From: an uncultured Acidobacteriota bacterium
GTDB lineage: Bacteria > Acidobacteriota > Blastocatellia > RBC074
Direction of reading: 5' to 3'
Length of the DNA stretch: 64,000 nt
Assembly: GCA_963796275.1 (NCBI GenBank)
Contig: CAWCKY010000006.1
Location: 1,824,001-1,888,000, forward strand
This document shows positions 8,821 through 19,161 of this stretch, piece by piece; position 1 is the first letter of the stretch; each line of letters opens with the position of its first letter. The position numbers were made by a program, and so were the translations under genes. The notes beneath the pieces are model-generated. The model saw nothing but the letters and a program-made list of their open reading frames with translations, searched no databases and was not told the DNA's origin.

Positions 8821-9108
8821 TCAGTGAGTACCATTGGGTCTGGAATCATCCTGGAGTGAATCGAGGGCCTCAGAGAGCGAACGTCCCTGACTGTCGCGTC
8901 CGTTCGGGAAATTTCGTCGAACCCATTCGTCGGGCGTAATTCCTTGTTGGACTGCTACGTTCGTCAAGGCGGAAGATCTCTTTACTTCCTTATCATGGTT
9001 TTCTTTGAGATAACCTCCGAATACCGTATGCGTCGGCGGAGATGTCGGGTCGGGGATACTGCTATCGATTGAACCGATAAGGTCGGAGGATGTGCACGTA
9101 TCGCTCAC
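8821..9108 (-). CDS. Hypothetical small protein or gene fragment
   Basis: 95-aa ORF with protein-like composition, GTG start and no clear RBS. Confidence 0.3.
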   Translation of the reverse strand: MSDTCTSSDLIGSIDSSIPDPTSPPTHTVFGGYLKENHDKEVKRSSALTNVAVQQGITPDEWVRRNFPNGRDSQGRSLSEALDSLQDDSRPNGTH

Positions 9109-9397
9109 CAGAGAAATTCATTTTCTCCGGAGATGATGTGAGTGATCGAGTATTTGAAGACGTTGCTCCACTCTTACAGAGATCAAATCCAGTTGGTTCT
9201 CTAAAAAGAGATCTAAGGAAGTATTCGGGAGCCGAGAGCTACTGATTGTGTGCACCGATTTCGGTGTGCCCTCTACCACCGACGAAGCAATAATTTGCTA
9301 ATTTGCATATCGTGCCAGCCAAGATTGAGAACCCATAGCCACTATCTACCTTACAGCCAACGACCACTGCATCACCCGCCTTGCTCCGACGATATAT

Positions 9398-12300
9398 TCA
9401 AAAAGTAAACCTCACCCTAAACTGCACCTGCCTTGGAACAGTCGTCGTACTCGTCGTCCTCCCAAAGCTGGTCGCCGTAATACTGACAGGTGTTACCCCA
9501 AACGTTCCCCCGGTCGGCACTTCGAAGATCGGGTGATTGAAGGCATTGACCATCTCCGCTCTGATCTCCATTCTTACCCTCTCTTTAACTAACGGCATTG
9601 CTTTAGCCAACGACAGGTCGGCAGTAACAAATTTCGGGCTATAAAGATAAACAAACGCTCCGAACTGCCCAGCACTCTCGGCCGGTGAGAGAAAACTGCT
9701 ATCAGCCTGTCCATTGTCACCCGTCAGCTTCGGATCAATGAAATAGACATCCGGCCCTGACTTGAACACACCGACCATTTTCTGTAGATCAGATGCCGTC
9801 AACCCATTCAGTACCACGCCCGAGTCCGATTGGTTGACCGTCATGCGGCCGCTGCTCAGTTTGAACGGTAGGCCGGATTGCATGCGGAAGATCGTCCCGA
9901 CCGTCCAACCGCCGAGCACGCCATTGAGAACAGGGTTTTTCATCGAGAACTTGCGGCTTTGCCCCACCGGCAGATCATAAGTGCCGTAAGCCTGGAATAC
10001 GTGCCTGATGTCGAAGGTCGAAGGCCCATAGTCTAATCGCCGATTCCGAAGCGTGGCGAAGTTACCGATGTTATCCACGTTCTTGTTATAGCGGTCATTC
10101 ATCGCGTGGGCATATGTATAGTTCATGTTCATCGTCAGCCCGTGCGTAATCCGCTGGCGAAACTCGATCTGAAGCCCATTGTAGTTGGACGAGGAGTTAT
10201 CGCTCAGAACATTGGCCGTTCCCAGGAACGGGTTGAGCCGGAAAAGGTTGATCGGATACTGACCGGGAGTATTGAACCCGAGATTGGCGCAGGGACCGAA
10301 CCCATTGCCAACCAGTTTGCAGAAATAGGTCGAGGTCGAGGCGAAGGTGTTTGCTAACGCTCCTGCCTGCCCAGTCCGAAGCAGATTGATAAATGTACCG
10401 TTTGCAAAACCCAGGTTCGGGGCCACGCCCTCGAAGGCCGCAGCGAAGATCGGCGTCGCCGCTTGACCCGGATATCCATTATTGGCGAAGCCGGTTATTC
10501 CATTCGCTGTATTGATCGCCAGATTACTTTGGGCATCCTGGAACTGCTTAAGGAAACCATTCTCGAATATATTTACTTCGTTGATATTGTACGTACGCCA
10601 CAATCTCACGCCGCGGTTGCCCGCGTATCGAACCTCAAGCACGCTCCCTTGCCCGAATTCGCGTTGAATACTGGCCGACCACGTTTGCACGTAGGGCGCC
10701 CTGATCTTCGGATCGATTGTGGAGATGGTAGTGTTAGTAGTGAAGGCGAAATTCGACAGCGCCAGCGGAGAACCGAAACTGCCGGGGGATAGATTGAATA
10801 AGGGCAGCGGATCGCCCAGACTTAATGTACCAGCGGCAAAGTCGACGCCGGGAACCAGATTGCCGGTCTGTCGCAGCCCCGGATTATTGCCCGCGTTGTT
10901 GGTGAAGTTGAGCATGCCTTCGGAGTAATAGCTGATCGAATAACCGCCCCTGAAGACCGTCTTGCGGTCGCCGAACAACCTTCCCCTCAGACCATTCTGA
11001 AAGCTCGGGTTCCACGCTATTCCGAGATGCGGTCCGGGATTGATGAAATCACGGCTGTACGCATGCGAACGCTGCTGAATGTTGGGATTGGCGATCCCAG
11101 GCAACGAACCCGGATTGAAGAGATTGGGCGAGTTGTCGTCACCGCCCAATGCAGAGCCCGAAGGCCCGAAGAGGTCCAGCAATGTCGGACTGGTATAGAT
11201 GTCGTTGGTGTTAAAGCTATCACCCTGGAAATCCCAGCGCAGGCCATAATTGAGCGTCAGCGAGCGATTGAAGCGCCACGAGTCCTGAAAATAGAGCCCG
11301 AAGGATGTCTGTCTCTCGCGTCTGGTGAAAGGTTGATCGACGGCGTACTGCTTGGACTTCTCATCCACGTTGACGGATTTGGCCACGTTCGAGATGCGCC
11401 CCGTCAGCAGCGCATAGAGGGCCAGGGCGTCGTTGCGCGCATCGGGGGGAATATTGGGAAGCGCGCTGTTATCGAAGATATCGTCGACCGGATCGCCGCC
11501 AATGACTCCGAAAGTGTAGCGCGGGATGCCGGCATCGCCGAGAGTACCGACATTTACGCGGGAGCGGATGTAATTGCCGCCGAAACTGAACGAGTGGTTA
11601 CCGCGCTGGTAATAGAAATTGTTCGCCAGGTTATAGACCGGATTGTTCCGCGGCTGGAACGTGGTCTCAAAGCCCGCGTTATTCATCGCTTCCAGTCCGC
11701 TCGCCAGCGTCAGCGGGAAATTCAACAGACTGGGTTGGTAGAGGCTCCGGTCATATCCGATATTGAATATCTCCTGGGTACCCTGGATGCCGAAATTGAA
11801 CTCGTTGATCATGTTCGGTCGAAGAGTCCAGGTGGCGCTGGCGTTGGTGATGTAGGGGTTGGAGATTTGCCCAACCGATTGCTCCGTGGAGAAAGTGCCC
11901 GGCAGGACCGTTCCCCGAAACCCACGGTCGGTCACGTTCCGGTTATAAAAGTCGGAGACGCTCAGGCGTAACTTCTCCGTCACCTGATAATCGATGCGCG
12001 CCACCGGGAATTGATTGGTGACGGGAGACGGCGCCACCCACCGCACTCTGTTCCGAAACAAGTCCAACGGCGAGACCGCCCCGGCCGAAGTCGATGATTG
12101 AATCTTCTGCAGCTGTGCGGCAATGATCGGATTGACCGTGCCCGGGAACCCCCTCTCCTGCGCCTTATCGAGCAGGTTTTCCGTATGCTGGATGCCATCG
12201 CTTCCGACATAGGTGAAGAAGCCCATCTGGGCAGCGGGGGTCAATACACGAGCTTCGAATTCTTGCGACTGAGGGGTCTTCACATGGGCATAACTCACAA

Positions 12301-13210
12301 AGAAGAAAAGTTTGTCCCTGATGATCGGCCCGCCGATCGCACCGCCCTGGTCGTTGCGAATGAAGACGGGCCGGCGGATATTGCGGGCATTGTTGAACCA
12401 GTTATTCGCCTTGAGCGCCGAGTTTTCATGCTGCCAGAAGACTTCGCCGTGAAAGGCGTTGGTTCCAGACTTGATGACGTACTGGATCTGTATGGCACCC
12501 TGTCCCGTGCTGTTGGCGCCGAGATTCGAGGTTGCAACAGTGACCTCCTGCACGGCCTCCAGCCTGGGTGTGACGAAGGCAAAGAAGCTTGTGCCGCCGC
12601 TCTTGAACCGCTGGGAGTTGTTAGCGATGCCGTTGAGGGTGATATTGATCGCGCCCCCGGGTAAGCCGTTAAAGGTGCTGTCGCGTGAGTTGGTTCCTTG
12701 CTGGGCGCCGGCCTGCAGCAGCGCGAAGGGCAGGGTATCGCGGCCAGTCAGTGGCAGGTCCTGCAGATACTTCTGATCCACCGTGTCCGAGATGGTGGTC
12801 GTCGTCGTATGCAATACCTGGGCTCCGCCCTGGACCTCTACGACCTGGTTGACGGCCCCGACTTTCAGGGTAACCGTCTGATTGCTGGTACGCGCCGCAT
12901 AGACGATCAGGCCTTTGTAAGAAGTAACTTCAAAACCCTGCTTCGTGACGGTCAGGGTATAACTCCCCGGTAAGACGGTTGGAAAGACAAAACCGCCTTC
13001 AGTGCTAGCGGTCGCAGTCTGGATGGCCTTGGTCTCCTCGTTTTGTAACTGCACCTCGGCTCCGGGGATAACTGCGCCCGACTGATCCTGCACAGTACCG
13101 ACTATCTGCCCGGTCGTAGCAATCTGGGCAACCGTCGATGAAACAGCGCCCAGAGCGAATATCAGGGCGATAGCCGGCATTACAACTGCGATCGGTCTTG
13201 TTCTCGTCAT
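9398..13210 (-). CDS. TonB-dependent receptor, Oar-like, with N-terminal carboxypeptidase-regulatory-like domain
   Basis: Signal peptide, GTVQDQSGAVIPGAEV, LPLTGRD, KSGTNAFHG, LNYGLRW, C-terminal PRQVQFRVRFTF. Start moved to 13210 because of the GGAGGA RBS. Confidence 0.92.
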   Translation of the reverse strand: MTRTRPIAVVMPAIALIFALGAVSSTVAQIATTGQIVGTVQDQSGAVIPGAEVQLQNEETKAIQTATASTEGGFVFPTVLPGSYTLTVTKQGFEVTSYKGLIVYAARTSNQTVTLKVGAVNQVVEVQGGAQVLHTTTTTISDTVDQKYLQDLPLTGRDTLPFALLQAGAQQGTNSRDSTFNGLPGGAINITLNGIANNSQRFKSGGTSFFAFVTPRLEAVQEVTVATSNLGANSTGQGAIQIQYVIKSGTNAFHGEVFWQHENSALKANNWFNNARNIRRPVFIRNDQGGAIGGPIIRDKLFFFVSYAHVKTPQSQEFEARVLTPAAQMGFFTYVGSDGIQHTENLLDKAQERGFPGTVNPIIAAQLQKIQSSTSAGAVSPLDLFRNRVRWVAPSPVTNQFPVARIDYQVTEKLRLSVSDFYNRNVTDRGFRGTVLPGTFSTEQSVGQISNPYITNASATWTLRPNMINEFNFGIQGTQEIFNIGYDRSLYQPSLLNFPLTLASGLEAMNNAGFETTFQPRNNPVYNLANNFYYQRGNHSFSFGGNYIRSRVNVGTLGDAGIPRYTFGVIGGDPVDDIFDNSALPNIPPDARNDALALYALLTGRISNVAKSVNVDEKSKQYAVDQPFTRRERQTSFGLYFQDSWRFNRSLTLNYGLRWDFQGDSFNTNDIYTSPTLLDLFGPSGSALGGDDNSPNLFNPGSLPGIANPNIQQRSHAYSRDFINPGPHLGIAWNPSFQNGLRGRLFGDRKTVFRGGYSISYYSEGMLNFTNNAGNNPGLRQTGNLVPGVDFAAGTLSLGDPLPLFNLSPGSFGSPLALSNFAFTTNTTISTIDPKIRAPYVQTWSASIQREFGQGSVLEVRYAGNRGVRLWRTYNINEVNIFENGFLKQFQDAQSNLAINTANGITGFANNGYPGQAATPIFAAAFEGVAPNLGFANGTFINLLRTGQAGALANTFASTSTYFCKLVGNGFGPCANLGFNTPGQYPINLFRLNPFLGTANVLSDNSSSNYNGLQIEFRQRITHGLTMNMNYTYAHAMNDRYNKNVDNIGNFATLRNRRLDYGPSTFDIRHVFQAYGTYDLPVGQSRKFSMKNPVLNGVLGGWTVGTIFRMQSGLPFKLSSGRMTVNQSDSGVVLNGLTASDLQKMVGVFKSGPDVYFIDPKLTGDNGQADSSFLSPAESAGQFGAFVYLYSPKFVTADLSLAKAMPLVKERVRMEIRAEMVNAFNHPIFEVPTGGTFGVTPVSITATSFGRTTSTTTVPRQVQFRVRFTF

Positions 13211-13224
13211 GCGAGTCCTCCACG

Positions 13225-14298
13225 CTACTCTTTCGATTCGTCCAATAATGCAGCGAGATGCTGCTTCCACAAGGCAGGCATGGTATGCGTGCCGTGTCCG
13301 CGCGTCTGGTCGCTGATCGGTATCAGGATGAAGCGCCCGCGTTTTACCCGCTTGATCTCCCGTTCTGCGATGCCCAGCTCGGGCGGGTTGACCTGGTCAT
13401 CGGCTGAGTTAATGGCCACCAGCGGAGCCTTGATGCTCTCGAGCTTCGGCGCCGGGTTGTAATCGCGCGAGGCATCGAACTGGTAGATCATATCGTTGGC
13501 ATCCCTGTTGTTGAGCGAAGCGCGCACCCGGCTGTCGAACTGCTGGTCGGCCTCATCGCGCGTTGGCGCCTGCTTCTGCATTTGCAGCGGGCTGCTGGAC
13601 ATAAATGTCATGGCGTAAATGGCAGAGGTCAAACCGCGCACTGGCTGCGTCTTGTATTCTCCTTTATTCCACTCCGGATCGTTTTTGATTGAGTCCATGA
13701 CCATCCGGCGAATCATCCGGTTGCGGCCCGCGATCTGGACTGGGAGGCTGGCAAGCGGCATCAGCGCATCCATAAAGTCGGGATACTTCTCGCCCCAGAC
13801 CCAGGTATGCATCCCGCCCATCGAGGTCCCCATAACCAGCCGCAGATGTTTCACGCCCAGGTGTTCGGTCAGCAGCCGGTAATGCGCCGTGACCATGTCG
13901 TTGTAGTTATAGCGCGGAAAGCGCATCCGCATTCCATCGCTCGGCTTCGATGACTGGCCGTGCCCGATGCCGTCCGGCAGAATGATGTAATGCTTCGTCG
14001 CATCCAACAGTTGTCCGGGGCCGTAGAGCACGTCGGCAAATTGCCGTGAGAGGAATTGCGCGCCCGAGCCGGTTGTGCCGTGCAGAATCAGCACAGCGTT
14101 GCGCACCTCGCCCGCCGCGTCTTTGCTCGGGCTCCCGATCGTGCGGTAGTGCAGTTTCATCTCGGGCAGCGTCTCACCGCTTTCAAAACGGAAGTCCCGG
14201 ATCGTAAAGTCGCCTTCGACGGGAACGGGCGATTGTTGCGCCATCGCGGACATTCGGATGCAGACCAGAACGACCGCCAGTAGAATTGCTTTCTTCAT
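13225..14298 (-). CDS. Exported alpha/beta hydrolase, homoserine O-acetyltransferase (MetX)-like
   Basis: Signal peptide MKKAILLAVVLV...AMA, FESGETL, HGTTGSG, GTSMGG nucleophile elbow, SADD, GHGTH. Confidence 0.85.
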   Translation of the reverse strand: MKKAILLAVVLVCIRMSAMAQQSPVPVEGDFTIRDFRFESGETLPEMKLHYRTIGSPSKDAAGEVRNAVLILHGTTGSGAQFLSRQFADVLYGPGQLLDATKHYIILPDGIGHGQSSKPSDGMRMRFPRYNYNDMVTAHYRLLTEHLGVKHLRLVMGTSMGGMHTWVWGEKYPDFMDALMPLASLPVQIAGRNRMIRRMVMDSIKNDPEWNKGEYKTQPVRGLTSAIYAMTFMSSSPLQMQKQAPTRDEADQQFDSRVRASLNNRDANDMIYQFDASRDYNPAPKLESIKAPLVAINSADDQVNPPELGIAEREIKRVKRGRFILIPISDQTRGHGTHTMPALWKQHLAALLDESKE

Positions 14299-14324
14299 CG
14301 AATCTCCATAAAAATTGACAGGAT

Positions 14325-14834
14325 TTATGCAGCGGGTATCGGCGTTGCCATTTGCGAGACTGCCCGCCATTTGCCTTGCCGGCGGGCATAGACGCGAATA
14401 TATCTGACGTTGTTCGGAACGTCGCGACCTCCTTCCAGTCTGAAACCGGAAGAACGCGCTGCCAGCACTGCTGTGTCGCCGTAGAGATGAACCTTCACTT
14501 CGCTTATGACGAGGTTCTTATAGCGCCGCGCGCCGGAGCGATACGAGGCCATGACATCATCCTTGGTCAATTCCACACCGGATGCCTGTACCGCCACATA
14601 ATCGTCGGCAACCAGCCGGTCATAAGCAGCCAGGTCAACGGCAGAGATCGCGGTGATGAGCTGGCGTTCGAGCTGCTCCACTTCCTTGGCTGCATCTGCT
14701 GACGGAGCGCTCGCAGACGCGCCGGTAGGCAGCGCGCATGTCGCGGCGATACCCAAACATGTTGCGGCGATGCCAAAAGAAGCCGTGAATTCTCGCCGGT
14801 TCGGCGGATTTAATCTCTCGGACATATCGGACAT
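14325..14834 (-). CDS. NTF2/SnoaL-like DUF4440 protein with Tat signal
   Basis: NRREF twin-arginine motif; D-x-AA-x-DRL-x-ADDY, VHLYGDTAV, RVYARRQGKWR. Confidence 0.8.
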   Translation of the reverse strand: MSDMSERLNPPNRREFTASFGIAATCLGIAATCALPTGASASAPSADAAKEVEQLERQLITAISAVDLAAYDRLVADDYVAVQASGVELTKDDVMASYRSGARRYKNLVISEVKVHLYGDTAVLAARSSGFRLEGGRDVPNNVRYIRVYARRQGKWRAVSQMATPIPAA

Positions 14835-15135
14835 AAGAGAAATCTCCGGTCAGAAATAAATCATTATTTTTGAGCGACTGTTCTTGTGTGTTAACGCCGT
14901 TTTTATCTTAATTCGCCTCGACTTGCTTGAGGCCGGCGCTGGTGATGATCAATGTTTAAGTGCTGTTGATTTGACAAGCGTGGGCACGCCACTGATGACT
15001 TCCTAAGGGGATCACTTGACGGCGTTGCAGGTCTTGTATGCTTTTAAGATTGCTTGAATCGGTTTAAGGGACGCCTGGCCATCCCACCTGGTCTAATCCG
15101 CCGCTTCCGAAATAATAAAATATTTTTCTACCGGG

Positions 15136-15162
15136 TGTCGATCCTGAAGCCCGCCGTTCGTC
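15136..15162 (+). promoter_or_regulatory. ECF42-type promoter TGTCGA-N17-CGTC
   Basis: TGTCGA tcctgaagcccgccgtt CGTC; same spacing as the motifs at 44676 and 53200; followed by an AAGGAG RBS. Confidence 0.65.
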
Positions 15163-15178
15163 TTATTGTCGAAGGAGA

Positions 15179-15460
15179 ATGGAAATGTTACGTAAAAACA
15201 AGAACTTAGTGAAATATGAAGGCGGAAAGGCCTTCGGCGGCGGGGGATTCTCGCGCGACTCGCGCGAAGCTACCACGAGGCTCCTTGACGGCCATTCGAG
15301 TGAAAAGCGGGCTACCGCAGGTGATACGGCCAGGAAACCACAAATCGGCGCGGGCGTAAACAGAAATCAATCCGACGTTGTGGTTCGGAAGGTTCGTAGT
15401 TCCGATAAGCGCTCAAATGGCGATGGCATGAGTGCCGGGCGATGGCGAGATACATGGTGA
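15179..15460 (+). CDS. Hypothetical basic, disordered 91-93 aa protein
   Basis: ORF preceded by an ECF42-type promoter and GAAGGAG RBS (better spacing to ATG 15185); no recognisable domain. Confidence 0.4.
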   Translation: MEMLRKNKNLVKYEGGKAFGGGGFSRDSREATTRLLDGHSSEKRATAGDTARKPQIGAGVNRNQSDVVVRKVRSSDKRSNGDGMSAGRWRDTW

Positions 15461-15548
15461 AGAAGGGTGTCTAAACCTCATCCTGTCACTAAAAATATGG
15501 GTTTTCATTCAATTTCTTGATCGCATTTAATCAACATCTACCGTATAC

Positions 15549-18500
15549 CTACACCAGCAAATGCTCCTTGAGAAACCGTCCCGTGTGCGAACTCTTGCAC
15601 GCGGCGATCTCTTCCGGGGTACCGGTCACTACCACTTCGCCACCTGCGTGTCCGCCCTCCGGTCCCAGGTCGATCACGTGATCGGCAGTCTTGATCACGT
15701 CAAGGTGATGCTCGATCAATAACACTGTATGTCCGGCGTCCACGAGCCGGTTCAATGACTCCAGCAACCGCTCAATGTCCGCCAGATGCAGTCCAGTTGT
15801 CGGCTCGTCGAGGATATAGACCGTATGCTTCGCCCGTTGCAGCTTGCTCAATTCCGTCGCGATTTTGATCCTCTGGGCTTCGCCGCCGGAGAGAGTCGTC
15901 GCGGATTGACCGAGAGTCAGATAACCCAGCCCCAGATGGTTCAGCACCTCGATCTTTTTCCCCACTGCCGGCTCGCCCGCGAAGAATTTCACGCCCTCCT
16001 CAACCGACATGTTCAACACGTCGTCGATGGTCTTCCCGCGTAACGTCACCTCGAGCGTTTCGCTGTTGAACCGCGCGCCCTTGCACGCGCCGCAGGTCAC
16101 CTCCACATCCGGCATGAAGTAGAGCTGCGTGGTTATCGCGCCCTCTCCCTGGCACTCCTCGCACCGGCCGCCTTTGACGTTAAAGCTGAAACGCCCAGGT
16201 TTATAGGATCGCTCAACCGACAGCGGCGCCTGTGTGAAGAGGTCGCGGATCGTGTCATAAAATCCGATGTAGGTAGCTGGGTTCGACCGGCTGTTCCGCC
16301 CGATCGGCGACTGGTCTATGTTAACGACTTTATGCACGTGCTCGACCCCATCCACTCCGTCGTGATCGCCCGGCAGCGTGCGCGTATCCACCAGCCGCTT
16401 CCATAGGGCTTTGTATAGTATTTCGTTCACCAGGGTGCTCTTCCCTGAACCGGAGGCGCCAGTGATCGCGATGAGTATGCCGAGCGGAAATGTCACATCG
16501 ACCGCTTTCAGATTGTTCTCCCGCGCACCACGCACCACGAGCGATTTGTCGTTGCCATTACGCCGTTGCTTCGGCATCGCGATCGAACGTTTGCCAGAGA
16601 GGAACTGTCCCGTCGGCGAGGCATCGCAAGCGAGCAGGTCGTCGAGCCGCCCCTGCACGACCACCTGGCCGCCATGGACTCCCGGCCCGGGACCCATCTC
16701 CACAATATGGTCGGCTGCGCGAATCGTAGTTTCATCGTGCTCCACCACGATTACCGTGTTGCCGATATCGCGCAGACTCTCCAGCGTCGCGATCATCTTC
16801 ACATTATCCTTAGGATGAAGGCCGATGCTCGGCTCGTCGAGCACGTATAGCATTCCCATCAGCCCCGACCCGATTTGCGTCGACAACCTGATCCGCTGCG
16901 ACTCCCCTCCCGAAAGCGTGCCGGAGCGGCGGTTGAAGTTCAGATAGTCCAATCCGATCCCCAATAATAATCGCAGACGCCCCAGTATCTCATCGAGCAC
17001 CTGACGGCCTGCGCCGGCGCCGCGGCCGGATGGCTTGATCGTGCCGAGAAATGCGTACAGCTCGTCGAAATTGAGCTCGCCGACCTCGTGGATGTTCTTG
17101 CCCGCAATAGTGAACAATAACCTGGTCGCGCGGATCCGCGCGCCATTGCAGTCGGGGCAGGTATGCTCCACCATCACTTTTTCGAGCCAGGCTTCCATTC
17201 CGGAGCTCGCTTCACCTCGCTGCCGATAACGGCGGTAATGTCGTTCGATTCGACGCGCTATTCCGCCGAAGCCGACCTCCTTTCCATCCCAGTCGTCGCG
17301 CTTCACCTTGGCCTCGGGCGGCGTGGCAGTCGGGATTTTCTTCTCGACGCCGTAAAGTATCGCGTTGCGCCCCGATTCGGGCAGTTTCTCCCACGGAGAT
17401 TCGATTGAAAATCCCAGGTACTTCGCCAGGCTGTACATCATTCGCCCATCCCACGTATCAGGGTTGTATTTGAACGCCTCACGTACGAAACATCCGCCCG
17501 CGATGCTCCTCCGCGGATCGGGGATGAGCAGTTCCGGATGCGTGAGCTTGTCCACACCGAGGCCGCCGCAAGTCCGACAGGCGCTCTCAGGGTTGTTGAA
17601 CATGAAGAACTCGGGCGCGATATCACCGTAAATGAAATGATGGGTTGGGCTGCACAGCCCGAGGTAAAAACGCTCCGTCTCCTCCTTGCCCCCTGCCTTT
17701 TGCTTCTGCCCTGTTTTCTGGATGATGTGAACCTGCAGCAATCCATCGCCTATCAAAAGTGTGTTGGCGATTCCCGCTTTGATCGCCTTCTCGTGCTTTC
17801 GGCTGACCACAAATCGGTCGACCAATGCGTCTATATCCCGGACCTTCTGCTGGGCGAACTCGACTTCGACGGAAATGTCCACCGGCTTGCCGTCGATGAT
17901 GAGTCTGCGGCAACCCTTCTTCCGAATTTCGGTGAACACGAACTCCAGATCTTCGCCGTAAACCTTGAATACAGGCGCGCGCAGTTCAATCTCCGTGCCC
18001 TCGGGGAGAGAAAGGATTGCCTCGAGTATCTGACTCGATGTTCGAGTCGGCGTCGGTTCGCCGGTTCGCGGGCAATGCGGTTGGGCGATAGTTGCGAACA
18101 GGAGATTAAGGTAGCTGGCGATATCGGTCATCGTGCCGACTGTCGAGCGCGGATTGTTTACGATCGTCTTCTGCTCGATCGAGATAACCGGGGATAGGCC
18201 GAACACGAAGTCCACGTCGGGTTTCGTCACCTGAGCGACGAATCTCTTGGCGAAACTCGAAAGCGACTCCATGTAGCGCCGCTGCCCCTCGGCATAGATC
18301 GTATCGAACGCCAGGCTCGACTTGCCCGAGCCCGAGAGCCCGGTGACGACGATGAGGCGGTCCCGCGGTATCTCCAGCGAGATGTTCTTGAGGTTATGCA
18401 CGCGCGCACCCTGCACCGCGACCGTCGTGCGGGCGACACCTCTTGTGGATTTGGGCGCGCCGCTGTTCCCATTCGGTCCTCTCTGTTTGGAAAGTGAGGC

Positions 18501-18551
18501 AGCGGCGGGCGCTTTCTTACCGTTCCGTTTCCCCGTCGTCTTGGAAGCCAT
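15549..18551 (-). CDS. uvrA: Excinuclease ABC subunit A, divergent paralogue
   Basis: [25 protein letters not shown], two LSGGE signatures, [18 protein letters not shown]...CGAC zinc finger; basic N-terminal extension. Confidence 0.93.
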   Translation of the reverse strand: MASKTTGKRNGKKAPAAASLSKQRGPNGNSGAPKSTRGVARTTVAVQGARVHNLKNISLEIPRDRLIVVTGLSGSGKSSLAFDTIYAEGQRRYMESLSSFAKRFVAQVTKPDVDFVFGLSPVISIEQKTIVNNPRSTVGTMTDIASYLNLLFATIAQPHCPRTGEPTPTRTSSQILEAILSLPEGTEIELRAPVFKVYGEDLEFVFTEIRKKGCRRLIIDGKPVDISVEVEFAQQKVRDIDALVDRFVVSRKHEKAIKAGIANTLLIGDGLLQVHIIQKTGQKQKAGGKEETERFYLGLCSPTHHFIYGDIAPEFFMFNNPESACRTCGGLGVDKLTHPELLIPDPRRSIAGGCFVREAFKYNPDTWDGRMMYSLAKYLGFSIESPWEKLPESGRNAILYGVEKKIPTATPPEAKVKRDDWDGKEVGFGGIARRIERHYRRYRQRGEASSGMEAWLEKVMVEHTCPDCNGARIRATRLLFTIAGKNIHEVGELNFDELYAFLGTIKPSGRGAGAGRQVLDEILGRLRLLLGIGLDYLNFNRRSGTLSGGESQRIRLSTQIGSGLMGMLYVLDEPSIGLHPKDNVKMIATLESLRDIGNTVIVVEHDETTIRAADHIVEMGPGPGVHGGQVVVQGRLDDLLACDASPTGQFLSGKRSIAMPKQRRNGNDKSLVVRGARENNLKAVDVTFPLGILIAITGASGSGKSTLVNEILYKALWKRLVDTRTLPGDHDGVDGVEHVHKVVNIDQSPIGRNSRSNPATYIGFYDTIRDLFTQAPLSVERSYKPGRFSFNVKGGRCEECQGEGAITTQLYFMPDVEVTCGACKGARFNSETLEVTLRGKTIDDVLNMSVEEGVKFFAGEPAVGKKIEVLNHLGLGYLTLGQSATTLSGGEAQRIKIATELSKLQRAKHTVYILDEPTTGLHLADIERLLESLNRLVDAGHTVLLIEHHLDVIKTADHVIDLGPEGGHAGGEVVVTGTPEEIAACKSSHTGRFLKEHLLV

Positions 18552-18637
18552 ACTGCAGTTTCCTTATGTAATCGAGGCGAGTGTGCAATTTGCAGCGGTA
18601 TTCAGATGAGTACGCATATCTTGGGATAGCGGAGCCT

Positions 18638-19070
18638 AGTAGTGCGGTACCAAGCTTGCAACCGCTTTGGTAGTCAATTGCTTCACTCATTGCTTACGAG
18701 ACAACCGGGCAATTCCTCAAATAACGGTTGTCTGGAAGGCCGTGGTGAGAGTTTCAGCAAAATCCCGGATCACGGAATATCTCTACCTAAACGGTAGCAA
18801 GCGATACTACTGTCAAACTCCGCGATATCTTACGGCCCCGAAGGGGCATTGGAAAATAGCCGGTGGTGGAGCGCAGCGTAACCACCGGTAGCGTACCGGA
18901 ATGAGTTGCGCCCTGAAAGGGCGCAGGATTCCAGCGTCCCTCCGGGACGCGAAAATCTCATTGATCTGTTCCGGTGGTTACGCTGCGCTCCACCACCGGC
19001 TACATTCCGCCGCGCCTCCGGCGCCGGAGAGTTCGCCAGCAGTATCCCAAGCTACCGAACTCCAAAAAGC
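18638..19070. repeat. Nested REP-like palindromic element
   Basis: Outer AGTGCGGTA...ACCGCTTTGGTAG / GCTACCGAACTCC arms; inner TAGCCGGTGGTGGAGCGCAGCGTAACCACCGG and its reverse complement; hairpins GCCCCGAAGGGGC, GCCCTGAAAGGGC, GTCCCTCCGGGAC. Confidence 0.8.
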
Positions 19071-19161
19071 TCTGCATTCCTCAAACCTGCATACTCATCT
19101 GAAACCGCGGTAAGATCGATTTCCGGATAGTTATGGTTGATTCCTTATGCCGAACGAATCA

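Noticed and set aside
9300-9317. TGGCACGATATGCA on the minus strand as a sigma54 promoter for the peptide locus
   Set aside because: GG-to-GC spacing is 8 rather than the required 10.
11027-11971. Long antisense ORF (314 aa) and similar shadow ORFs opposite uvrA, ECF42 and ADOP
   Set aside because: Opposite-strand shadows of GC-rich genes with no motifs or RBS.
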